Part shown: piece by piece, positions 12,755 through 24,608 of the stretch
How the letters are laid out: every line of letters starts with the position of its first letter
Numbering within the stretch: the first letter of the stretch is position 1
From: Lama guanicoe
Lineage: Eukaryota
Direction: 5' to 3'
Length of the DNA: 64,000 nucleotides
NCBI GenBank assembly: GCA_013239625.1
Contig: MU053754.1
Location: 617,379-681,378, forward strand
The notes under the pieces: model-generated
What the model saw: the letters and a program-made list of their open reading frames with translations, nothing else
Database searches by the model: none
Told to the model about the DNA's origin: nothing
Position numbers and translations under genes: made by a program

Positions 12755-13565
12755 TGCATCTTGAAAGAGTGTTATCAAATTACCTGGATGTTTTGAATGA
12801 CCTAAAGAAAGAGAATTAAAAACAAACTTATAGAACTACAACAAAAAACTACCCTGCAAAGACTTGCTAGTTCAGACTGCAACTGACGTGTTCTTTACAT
12901 GATAAAATTTTTGTTAGAGTTGAGGAGGGTTGATCATTCATCTTTAGTTACAGACATTTCACAGGAATGGACTGCATTAATCTAAATGAAACCACAAAGG
13001 AGATTTTTTATTTCAAGTTCACTGCATCCAGCCATAACAAATCCATGGAAAATTCTTACTTGGAATAGCTCTCCTCAGTCAGACACTCCATTTATGGGTA
13101 CAGGGTTTTAGATGTGATTCAGACATCATGAGAAATTGAAGCAATGTATATGTGTTTGCCACATTTTATACAATGTCCATGTAAAATAGAAATGGGAATG
13201 TTTTATGTGTCTCGCAATGACTCAGAATTAAAGCCATTATTTCTGGGGTTATTTGTATCCTATACTCAACATGTCAGGAATTTCTCAGACACAGATTTTT
13301 CACCCAGGTCAGAACCGTTACTCACCGCTTTCCCCTTACCCGCATCTTACTCCTACTGCTCTCTCCTGGTTCTGCTTCCTCCTCTAGCTGCTTTTTCTTT
13401 CTTTCTTCATGGATTCCTCTTCCTTCCCCGCTCTGAACAGCCCTCCCCAAACCGTTCTCATTCTCCTCATTCTTGGGGGGAGATCTCAGCTTCTTTGTTA
13501 CGAGCTCTGTGCTGTGGAGTGTCAAATGGGATCCTCACGGAACCCCATGTTTCAGACCACAGTAC

Positions 13566-14059
13566 TGTGGTGGGCAGAATAATGACCCCTGCCCCCTCAA
13601 AGACGTCTCCATCCTAGCATCTGGAACCTGTGAATTTGTTACTTTACATGGCAAAGGGGGATTAAAGTTGCACGTGGAATTAAGCTGCCCATCTGCTGAC
13701 CACAAAGTACGGAGATTATCCAGGCAGGCCCAGTGTAATCGCAGGGGTCCTCAGAGATGGAGGAGGGGGACTGTCGCAGTTTGAGAAGAGCCTGAGCAGC
13801 GGTGGCTGCCTTTGAAGGTGGAGGAAGGGGCCACGCGCCAAGGACTGTGGGCAGCTTCGGGGGACTGGAAAAGGCAAAGGAGTGGATTCTCCCCAGAGCC
13901 TCCAGGAGGAAATGCAACCTTGCAGACATCTTGATGTTGGCCTAGTGACGCCTGTTTCAGACTTTTGACCTCCAGACCCGTGAGATAATAAATTCATGCT
14001 GTGTTAATAAAGCATTGCGTTTGTGATCATTTCTGCCAGCAACCCTAGGAAAGAGTGCA
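13566..14059 (+). mobile_element. MLT1D-like MaLR solo LTR
   Basis: Begins tgtggtgggcagaataatg; ttactttacatggcaaaggg, ctggaaaaggcaaaggagtggattctccccagagcctccag, gacctccaga...gataataaatt; ends CA. Confidence 0.85.
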
Positions 14060-14079
14060 GACGTCAGGTTTGTAGTGGA

Positions 14080-14420
14080 CACATTTACCTGGATGCATTA
14101 CAGGCATCCAGCTAATTCTCCTGTTCTCTAAGTCGAAAGCACCCTATCCCTTCTGTGCCTGATTCGGAAGACAGTTACCCTTTCCTTCTCTGTGCTCTGT
14201 ATCCGATGGTTTATCCCAGACCTGCCTCTGCCTCATGTCCCTTCTGGCACTGCTCTAGTTCAAGCCCTTGTCATTTCCCATCGTCAAGAGGCGGTTGTTC
14301 TACTAACCGGTGTCCCTGAACATACTTTGGACATCTTTAAACCCATGTCCTAGTTGTGATTAGTAATCTGGCCCACACAGAAATAGGTCTTGCCACTGCC
14401 CTTCTAAGAGCCTTTTATGA
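14080..14420 (+). mobile_element. L2 fragment
   Basis: acctggatgcattacaggcatc; cactgctctagttcaagccc...ctaaccggtgtccctg. Confidence 0.5.
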
Positions 14421-14978
14421 GTCCCATCACCTGGAGACTAAAGTGCAGGCTCGCTGGCCTGCAGACGGGGTGTTCAGTTCAGATCACTGTCTTCCTTGCC
14501 ATTCTCCATGTCTGCAGCGTTCCAGCCGAAACTCGGGCAGTTCTCTTCCGCCATGCTCTGACGTCTCCCTGTGTCTGCCCTGGTCTGGGGTTCCCTTCTC
14601 ATCCTTCTTCATCTGCATCATTCCCACTCCCCCCAGGTAGCTCCGGCACCATTATCCTCAGGAAATCTTCACATGCTCCAGCTGGGACTCGTGTCCCTCT
14701 CTGGGATCCTGGTAGCATCCTCCAGCCACATCACATTCACCATTTCAGATTAGCAGGATAACCTCTGAGGGAAGAAACACTGCCTTTGTAGATCAGAACA
14801 TGGAATACTGAGGTGAAATTCATTTGCTAATACAATTTTTTTGACATTTTGATAGATGAATGGACTCTTTGATGACGCCCATATACTGGAAAAATAGCAA
14901 AACTACATATATCCCTTCAGCCAGACAGCAATTACGTTCATCTAACTAGCAAAGATCTCTTAAGTAAACAGCAGCCAG

Positions 14979-15102
14979 CAGTGGTTCTGAAAACGGGTAA
15001 ACATTAGCACGAACTGGGTAGAGCAACCATGAGAACCAGGCATCATTATTTCAAAGCCCCTGCGCAAATACAAGATGCAGCCTGAGTTTAGAACTCCTCC
15101 AG
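14979..15102. mobile_element. MER5-like hAT-Charlie fragment
   Basis: cagtggttctgaaaac ... gatgcagcctgagtttagaactcct resemble MER5 termini. Confidence 0.4.
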
Positions 15103-15299
15103 CCGAGAACTGGCCGCGAGATGGTCAAGGATGAATGGAACCCCCACGGAGCTGACCGCGATACTCAGGGTGTGAACAGGATGGAGCCTGCAGCCACAGC
15201 TTGTCTGTGGGTCTCTGCCCCCAGTGGGCTTCTCTTTGTTTCTGCTCTCTCTCTGTAAGCACTCTCATCCCTTCTCCTCACTTCAAACGTTGGCTGCTA

Positions 15300-15880
15300 G
15301 TTCTTAACACCTAAATGTGCATCACTAGTGCAGACCTCTCCTGTGTGCTACAGAATCCGATCCAACTGGTTGGCATTTTCTTGTTTGTTTGGTTTGTTTT
15401 GACATTTCTGCTTGGATGTATCCTGAACGTGTGTACCAAACTGATCATTTAATTTTGTGTAAGAATATCTCCTCGGTTTTACGGATCTTAATAAATGATA
15501 CAACTCTCCACCCAGTGTCTCAAGCCAATTATCTCCTCAAGTCATTCTTTAATCCCTCTCCTTGAACCCCCAAGTCCCCGTGCTTGGTCTTTTGAGTGTA
15601 TCCCAGCAGGTCCATTGTTCTCATCTCTTCTGCTTCGGGTTCAGACGTCCATCATCCCTTGTCTAGAGCTAGTGATAGCTTCCTAAACAGCCCCGTGATT
15701 CTCTCCTGGTACCCTGCAGTTCATTTGCTACAAGCAGCCAAAACAATTCTTTAAAAAAAAAAAAATTGGACAACAGCCTCTCTCTTTGTAAGCCTTTGAT
15801 GACTCTCCTCGGCACTGATGCAAGACCCTGCACGTTCTAGCCCTGCAGACATTCAGACCCAGCTTGACCTGCTCCGTCCA
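15300..15880 (+). mobile_element. L2 fragment
   Basis: cagacctctcctgtgtgctacaga, gacatttctgcttggatgt, ccatcatcccttgtctagagc...agcttcctaaac, cagccaaaacaattctttaaaa. Confidence 0.6.
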
Positions 15881-18800
15881 GGTGGCTGAGGAGTTTGTTG
15901 ACTTGTTTGCTTGTTTATTGAGGAGCCCTCCCACGGGCACATAGCCTCTCAGCACGGAGGCCTTTCTGTCCTGTTGCTGTGCCTCTCACAGCCCCTGGAA
16001 GACAGTCGCCATTCAGCACGACTCTTACTGTAAAGAGGGGTGGGGGGAGATGGCCCCACATTGCCCCATGGTGAGAACTAATTTATTTTTGTGACTCTAA
16101 TGCGAGTGTGTAGTTTATGATTTAGGGGAAACGGTACCATTTTTCAAAGACAAGAACATTTCCGCAGGGGAAATAATAGCACAGTGTGAAACTCTGTGAA
16201 ATACACTTTGATAGTTAGGAAAATACACTAGAGATGTAAGAATGCAGATTACCTGTCTTTTGAATGCTCAAGGATTTAAATAAAGGATACAGGTGTTGGG
16301 AAAAAGTAGCACAATAATTGAAAATAAAGACACTTAACCAAATCAAAGTGAAGGAAGGCTTCAGTAGCAGCAAACACTGAGGTTCTCTCAGGAACTGCTC
16401 AGGGTCACTTCCAAGCCTAACTTTGGTTTTGCTGAGGTAAGAGGCATTTTCCTCATCTCTGCTGCATGTGGTTCAAACGTCCATCATCTCTTGCCTAGAT
16501 CTAGTGATAAGCAAAACACGGGTAAATGCTAAGGATTTTTGAGAAGATGTGTTTTAAGGGGGAGGCAGTATTGACACAAGTAACTCCAAGCATCGAGGTC
16601 AGTAGTGTGGTCAGGATGGAGATAACACTATGAGATCAAAAGAAGAAATTTCCGTGTACTGTCACCCTCTGCATCTCCCCGGAAGCCTCTGTGTTGCTGG
16701 GTTTGTTTGGGAGAATCTGTGAAGGGACAGGTCTGTTTTAAATAAACTCCTTGTGAGAGTGCTACGACTTTCTGGGTTCTACTTGGGAAACGATTATTAA
16801 TATATTTACTTCTTAGCGGGTGGAGCTTTGCATGGTGCAGAGAAAGGGATTTGCGGAATGTTGCCCATCGAACTCCAGACAGGAGACAAATACCACACCA
16901 GTAACATGAAGCAGTAAAAGTAAGCAGAGAATTGTTGACAACTAATGAAGGTCAACTCTGAAGAGGAGGCAGAAGGAACCCTACAGAATACCGCAGGGCT
17001 GAGGAGGTGGGAGGGGACAGCTCCTCCCCATGGGTGGGGCTCAGAGTGAGGGGACAGGATGTAGTCACAGCCTGTGGAGGGTAAGTTTTCGCTTTGTCCT
17101 GGAAGAGAGCTGGTCCAAGTTAGCAGGTTGACGCTAGTGGGCTGGGACTGAGGACCAGAAGTTACTGGAGGGTGACCACTGCTGGGTGTCCCAGGCAGAC
17201 CCCTTGGAAACCTCATTGTGGGAGCAGAAAGGGAGAGAGGGTGATCAGAACTTGGAGGAGAAGCCCCTGCCCCCTCCAGGGTCCCTCCTGCTGATGGTTG
17301 ATGTTATAGGCATGTTCTCAAGGAGGGACGTTTCACTGGGCAGAGGAACAAGGGTGGTTTGAAGCTGAGAGGCAGCTCCTTGATAATCAACACAGGAAGG
17401 GACCTTCTGCACCAGCCACAGGCCCTGCCAGTGCCAGGAAGACCTCTGATTGCAGGGGCTGCCCACACCACCGCCTCCCACGTGAGGGAGGGTCGAGGGG
17501 GGGGGCCGAGGCTAAAATGCAGACACTGCATTTACATTTGTGACGTCAACTGTAGCTTATTTACCATGAACCCTTTTGTTTTAGAGTCAAAAGGGAAGGT
17601 CGATGATACCACAACCAAGATTATTGTTTTGAAACATTGCTGCGGTATGATCTGTTTCTAGATTTCCTGATGATCTCAAAAATGAGTACGGAGAACATGG
17701 TGATCATAGCGGTTCTTCGTTATGAGGGATGGGATGCAGGTTGCTGTGCGGGTCAGGAAATAAAGTCCGTTCCTTACGCTGAAATTATCCCCGCGGTCAG
17801 GCTCGCTTACAGAGTTCCTCTAGCACCTTCTGTCACAGTAAACCACTTGGTTAAAACTACTGGCACACTTTTACCCCAGAATCAGGGATAATGGACTTTA
17901 AAATAGCGTCCAAGTATTCTTATTCATAAACCCCATAAAATTATTTGCCAGGACTATCAATGTTCCTATGATCCAAATTTATAAATCTGGGAAGAACTAA
18001 ATGCTCAAAATAAACCAAACTTAATTCAGATACTGGCCCATTAAAATAATTTTTTAAATAAAATATTTATTCCTGGAAAGGATGAGTGATACATAGTTTA
18101 CTGTTGATTATATATTGTATTTACCGCTATCATGAACGATTGATAGATATCACCTTTATATATATGTATATAAGCAGCTGTAAGTCTATAACTCAGAGTA
18201 TATTTTCATACAGTTTTTATAGATACTAAATTTTTCATTTTTACCCATAAAACCCAATTTGGAAACAGTATGTTCAGGCCCAAACAGCCTTGTTTATTTT
18301 AGTTTTCAACATTTCCATAACTTGTGTGGATTTTATTTCAAACCATATAAAGCATCCAATTTACAGCTGAATATTTATTTAACGCAGCCAAATTAATACT
18401 AATGCAAAATAACCATCTGTCTTTTGGAATCGGCTCTAAATGTTTGGACTTCAGAATTAGAAAAGAAAAAGCAAATGAAAGAGAAAGAGGGGAGAGGAGA
18501 GAAAAGCTTGTAACCTCCAGACATACAGCAAGGTATCATGAGAAACACTTCTGAGCTTGCCCTTTTAGCAGGGTGAATAACCTCTTTCTGCTTCTCGAGG
18601 ATCAAAAGCATCCACTTAGCAGTGACAACAGCCTCCCAGTCCTGTGGGCCCAGGCAGAGGAACACCCCCTCCTTCCTCTCGAGCTTTATGGGGCGTTTGT
18701 TAATAGCTACTCTCAAAACCTCCGCTCATTGTCGCATTGAACGCTTCTAATTCCAAGACGATGATAGATTTTTCTCTTTCACTGCCTGTTTTAGAAGAAG

Positions 18801-20694
18801 TTCTTCCCTTGGCTTTCAGAATCAAATCAGCACACCTCTACACCTCACTTTTAAAAACATAATTATAGAGAAAGGAAAGAAGAGTCTTTATTTTTCAGGT
18901 CCTAAGTTTCTACTATATCCCACACTGAAGAGTGTCTTCTCAGATGAGAATTCTCTTAAATTGGCTCTTTGAGCCGATTTGAAAGGATGGCTAATGAAAA
19001 CATCCTAGTAATTGTGAGAACAAAGAAAGCCGTGGAGCATCCCGTCAGCTTCCTAACTGAATGGTTCCAACTCTTCCTGCGTCTCTAGGCCATTCAACCT
19101 TTGTCAGCTGGACCTTTGTTTCTTTCTTTTTTTTCTTAAAAAGCTTCATTTCCCTGCACACAAGGATCCCTTGCCGTCTGCCCGTGGGTGTGTCCCCACG
19201 GCAGCGGGCTTTGATGTCGGAAGTAGGAAAGCAAGCGTCTCCTGAGGGTGACTTCACCGAGGTGACCTCCCAGGGCCGTGGAACAGGAGTGACCAGGCCT
19301 GGGTAGGATGAAACTCAGGGTGGAGAACGCCAGTCCGCTCCAGTTCTCCCCAACGAGGCGGGGTTGCTGTGAGGATGGAGGTTCCTTCCGGTCTGGTCTG
19401 AGCGAGGTGATGAGCAGCTCTGAGCGTCTGCCTGGTCAGTTACTCTGCTGCCCTCGCCAACGGGTAGGGGTACCACTGTTCTTGGTGTCAGGGCTGCATT
19501 TGCTTGTGCTGTGAATCCCCTGCTATCAGGACAAATAATCCGCTTGTCCTCATGAGCACCGAACTCTGGAAAGCCGACATTTCCCTTTCTTGAACTTGCT
19601 GGTACGTCAAATAAACAAATTAATATAACTGAAGACATCATATATATGGAGGCCGGCTGGATTCAGGTCTGGAGTTATTTGAAGGAAGTTTAGACAAATG
19701 TGAACTAATATCATTCTCAGCAGACATTTCAAAATAAGCCTGCCTGTTTGTGTTCTTTGGAAATGTTACCGTGGTTTCATCCCAGCACGAGTGACTAATG
19801 AGAGAGAACCTGTAGGTTTTTTTTTCCTCCGAACTCCAGAGTATTTGCAATGAGTTAATTGTCTCAAAGGGAAACCAAGAGTTGACTGGTTCCCCACAGG
19901 TAATTCAATGTGGAGCAAGAGTGAAAAGGTGAGTTGAAATGAAGCACAAAATGGGAAACAGTGGATTCCCCCAAACCAAGCTGCAGGTGAGGCGCGCCAG
20001 GGCCCCCTACGTCCCCAGGATTGGTGGCGTTACCAGGGTAATTTATTTCTGGGGTCTCTTTCTGTAGCAGGAGCCCACTATGCTCAGCACGAGTTCTACC
20101 TCTGAAATATAATTACCAAGATGTGAAAAATGATGAAATTCATTGAAATGATAAAAGAGCATCTGGTAAGATAACTTTTGGCAAGGTTCCCAGCTTTTCA
20201 TTACTTAAGAGAAGTAATGATGTGTTAGTCACTGTGGAAAAAAAAAGCGCGGAGAAAATGTTAATCATGATGAACGTGTAAGGCCATCGCGTACATCTGA
20301 GGATACCCCGTGACTGATGCCTTTGGCCTTTACAGCTCTTTCTTGTCCCTCTGAGGTGCATTTGTACAGTGAAAAAAACTTTTTATGTGCAAAATACACA
20401 GTTAGCCAGTAAATTCCCTTTATGGTTGATTCCTTATCACGTGAGGGTACAATTCAGTGAGGGAGTAAACAAAAAGAAAAAAAAAACACTTCGCAAAGTG
20501 ATGTTTTAGAGTCACGTTAACCTGAGGGACACAGTGGAGTGAAAGCTCAGAGCTCAGAGCTCAGAGTAGGTAGTTTCAATTTTCAGAAGATTGTCTCAAT
20601 GTGGGAGTCTCCGGACACCACCTCACGGTATTTTAAGTCTCCATCATCCACTCTAAATGCCAGAGGCCTTTCATCTTTGTCTTCTGTGGTGTTT

Positions 20695-20871
20695 AGGGCT
20701 GCCAGAAGAAGGACAGGACCCAGTTAAATCTGAATTTCACATAGACACGTTTTTTATTTAATCCTGATATATATGTGTGTGTGTGTATATGTAAACAATT
20801 ACCTGCTGTTTATCTGAATCTTAAATTTAATGTGACATCTTGTATTTTTATTTGTTAAATCTGACAACCCT
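20695..20871. mobile_element. MER53 palindromic DNA element
   Basis: agggctgccaga...cccagttaaatctgaatttc at left and tgtttatctgaatcttaaatttaa...tgtatttttatttgttaaatctgacaaccct at right; centre replaced by TA/TG repeats. Confidence 0.8.
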
Positions 20872-21209
20872 TGGAGTGGTGCCTATTTTTGCGTATAGGA
20901 AGTTATTTGGTCAGTAAAGATAAAAGGAGCTGATTTGATATCACAGCATAGCAGCTGTTCAGTGCGTAGGAAAATACGCTATAAAGCAATGAGTGTTTTG
21001 GCGGTGGGGAGGTCATACAAGTTTGGGGAATAGAGCATACTATAGTTCAGGCTTGAAGAGTCAAAATTCACATCAATACATTAACATCTCTAGGAATTTC
21101 TAGCTGGGGAAAATGTAAGACTTTTCTGTAGCCCAGAACTGCTTCATCTTATTTTACCGAGAGCCAGATTTGTTGCCTTTATTTGTGGGGGCGGGAAGGA
21201 AGGTACTTC

Positions 21210-21241
21210 GTGTGTGTGTGAGTGTGTGTGTGTGTGTGTGT
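21210..21241. repeat. (TG)n microsatellite, one interruption
   Basis: Direct observation. Confidence 0.95.
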
Positions 21242-21803
21242 ATACACGCATGTGCCTACTCATGATTTCATAATACGCCTCTAGGAAATATTAGGAAATA
21301 GGACTGAATGTGAATTCTGAGATTATAATTTCTGCAGTTGATTCCAACACAACGTGAAAAATACCTGTTGCCTTTAATTTTCCCCATGTGTCTCCTGAAA
21401 TCGTGGCATTAGGTGAAGAGGGTGGAAAGTTTCTCAGGGGCATTCGGAGTCAGGCTTACGACTCACAAAAACTAAGGTGACTTTATTTTAAAATACATTG
21501 CTGGTAAACTGATTACGAACTAAAGGTAATGTACAGCATCCATGGTGAGGAATGTTACAAATGAGAACACTTCGAATATTGAATAACCAGAAAGCGTCAG
21601 CTTTTGAGAGACTCGACTCATCTTTGTGTATTGTCCACACTTTTTCTCTGTGACCCTCCATCCCGTATACATGGTCTGTAATTCCAAGGTGTTAAAAATA
21701 ACCTTGTTGAAACATCTCACTCTACTTATTTCCTGAAGTCTGAAATTCCGCAGTTGTGAACGTGTTATGTGGCATTTCGTTTTCGGTCCTGTAGTGGTCC
21801 GCA

Positions 21804-21990
21804 TTTGGACTGAGACCTGAATTTACAGTTTGGTTTTGCCAGTAATTTTCTACGTGGCCTTGAGCAACATATGAAGTTTCCCTCACCTGTTAGCTTATCT
21901 GTGAACTGTGTGAAATGGTGCTTCCTCAGAGGCTGCTGAGTGTTAGACCGGGTGACGCGTGTGACGCCGGAGTAGCAGGACCATCATTAG
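21804..21990 (+). mobile_element. MIR SINE
   Basis: tttggactgagacctgaattt...gtggccttgagcaac...atctgtgaac...ttcctcagaggctgctgag. Confidence 0.55.
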
Positions 21991-22403
21991 GGCTGCCTTG
22001 CTGGTTGCTGTTTTATTCTGCCTTGTGTTGTTGCCGCTGTAGCTGCAACTGTCAGACACCCTTGTTGGCAAAACACACTGGGAACAGGGCTGTTTCTTTC
22101 CAGGTGTGGTCCCGGGAATTAACCGAGATGCTCTAACCCCAGGCGGTCCTGTGCTCTGCACGTCACAGTGGTGTCATGGCAGAGAAAGCGCGGGTCCTAC
22201 CCTCTCCCCACAAGGCTTTTGGTTGATGTGGAGGGCTTACAGGAGGGAGGAGGGAGGAGGGAGGGGAAGGCTGCCGAAGACGAGGAAAGGAACGCCAGGA
22301 TGACCAAAGACAGGCATTTCCTACATGGTCATTCTGCCGAGGAACAGTGTGACCTCCACACGAGCCTTCGTTTCGGACTGTCTCCCGAGGGGGGCGTGGA
22401 GGG

Positions 22404-22760
22404 TTTCAGTCAGGCGTCTTCAGCAAGCAGACGAGAAACGGCACACATTGTATCCACGTCTACATCTGTTTAGACCTAGATGGAGAGATTTGTAGTAAGG
22501 AACTGGCTCCTGCGGCCATGGAGGCTGAAAGCCCCCGGACCTGCCATCAGTCAGCTGTAGACCCAGGAGGGATGCTGGTGTAAGGCCAAGCCCCAGGAAG
22601 AAGGCCTGAGGCCCAGGAGGGCCAGTGGTCTAAGTTCCGGTCCGGAAGACGGCAGGCTCGGACAGGAAAAGCTGGTTTCTCTGTTGGCAGCAGAGGAGTG
22701 ATGACCCAGCTCCCAGCAGTCAGGCAGCAGGAGTTCCCCCTACTCAGAGGTATCATGTCC
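22404..22760 (-). mobile_element. MLT2B/C-like ERVL LTR fragment
   Basis: agagatttgtagtaaggaactggctc...atggaggctgaaag...gacccaggag...gaaggcctgag...cccagctcccagcagtcaggcag. Confidence 0.7.
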
Positions 22761-22993
22761 TGAGCCCCATCCCATTACAGAACTCAGGCTTATAGAAAAA
22801 ATAAATAAGGACAGCAATCCTGGTCTAATATTAAAATGATTAAAGATGAACTGTGTTGGAGACGGATGCTCATCTGATGTTTTGTTGAAGACAAACAGGG
22901 TCAACACGAGAACTGATGGTGGGTTGGCTCCGTCTCATCTGAGTGGTGGAACTCAGCTGTCAGCGTCAATTTGCAACTTAAAAACAAATGAGT

Positions 22994-23341
22994 ATGTCTA
23001 AAAAATAACACAGATGAGCTTATTTACAAAGCAGAAATTGACTCACGGACACAGAAAACAAACTTAGGCTTAACAAGGGAAAAGGGTGGTGGCGGTGGAT
23101 AAATTAGGAGTTTGGGATTAACAGACACACACTACTGTATATAAAATAGATAAGCAACAAGGTCCTACTGTCCTTCTAGCACAGGGAACTGTATTCAATA
23201 TCTTGTAATAAAATATAATGAAAAAGAATATACGTATATATTTTCCAGATATGTATATCTCTGTCTGAATCACTTTGCTCTCTGAAACTAACATGGTATT
23301 GCAAATCCTGTATACTTCAATAAAATTAAAAAGGAAAAAAC
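22994..23341 (+). mobile_element. L1 3' UTR fragment with poly(A), artiodactyl type
   Basis: ataaattaggagtttgggattaacagacacacactactgtatataaaatagataa...cacagggaactgtattcaatatcttgtaat...cttcaataaaa. Perfect 14-bp TSD aaaaacaaatgagt at 22980-22993 and 23342-23355. Confidence 0.93.
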
Positions 23342-24496
23342 AAAAACAAATGAGTGCTCGACACAGACCTGAGTGGTGCCTCCTCTGCTCTCTGTTGACT
23401 CAACTTTGTTAGCTTGTAGTATTGTTTTTATCTCGTCTGGGCTGATAACGTTTGCCCTCTGCTCTCTAATGATACTGCCCGAGGGCATTCCATTGCTCTG
23501 TGTCTGACTGTAGCCACACTGCTCACTCGGTGTGTTTGGCAACCTCTGTGTCTGTAACTGAATTTTAAATACTCTCATAATCTCGTAAGCGGCTACATTG
23601 TTTTCTTCATTGTCGTGTCTGTCTAGGGCCCACTGTATTCCTAAATTCTCTGTCATTTCAGGTGTCTGTTCCTCTTACACTTCCTTTAATAGCCTCAGAG
23701 CATAAAATTATTGGGTAACAGATTTCCCCCAGGAGAAATGTAGAAACCTCACCATTGCCTTCTGGCTTTGAGGTCTGAGTTTACCCTGGCTTTTTCCTGC
23801 TCCGGTGAAGGCGTCTTGCTTTTCTGTCTACACATCTGAATGGCTTTTTCTCCTAGAAGCAGGAGCTTTGGGCTTTGCCCAGCACAGTAAGTCTTCCCCA
23901 ACCTCTCCCCAAACTGTGTCCTTTTCAGTCGCATGTCTCCTTTTATATTATTTCAGGAGAAAATTATTTTGTGTTCATAATCATTCATTTCATATTTTAA
24001 TGTATTAAACAGTGCAAATATGTTGATTTCACAAAGTTTTGAAATCATTTTTCCATAGCTGCTTTCAGTTTTTTTCCCTTGGAAATTGTTTTTATTTTAG
24101 TTGCTTCAAATTGAAAATGAAAGCTGCTATGACATTCTCCTGTCCTTCCCCTCCTGACTCAGTGAAGTCCGTTTGTAAAAGTAACATCTATGCTTCCTGT
24201 AAAAATTTTAAAAATAAGCATGTGTTTCAAAATCCTGCTTTATTTGGTGGGGGGGCAGTTCTTAATCTTTTTGTTGGATCATCGTAATCCTCTTAAGTGT
24301 CATCATGTCTCTTTCAGATTTTACTTCAGCCATATTGTCCTTTTCAGGTCACGCACTGTGATGCTCGGATGGCTCCTTGAAAACAGTCATTCCGTGTACA
24401 GTCACCTGCATCTTGTGTTCTTTTTTAAAAAATATAATTCTTTTTCTAAAGCTTTTGATTATTCCTTTTTTAAGCATTTCTTTTCACCATTTCACA

Positions 24497-24608
24497 TTTT
24501 TATTTCTGTTTAGAGGGGAGGTGTTTATTTTCAGTGGAGGTGCTGGGGATTGAACCCAGGACCTTGTGCACGCTAAGGACACACTCTACCCCTGAGCTAT
24601 CCCTTCCT
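24497..24608 (-). mobile_element. tRNA-derived SINE, Vic-1-like
   Basis: Minus strand reads atagctcaggggtagagtgtgtccttagcgtgcacaaggtcctgggttcaatccccagcacctcc (pol III A and B boxes) followed by an A-rich tail. Confidence 0.85.
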
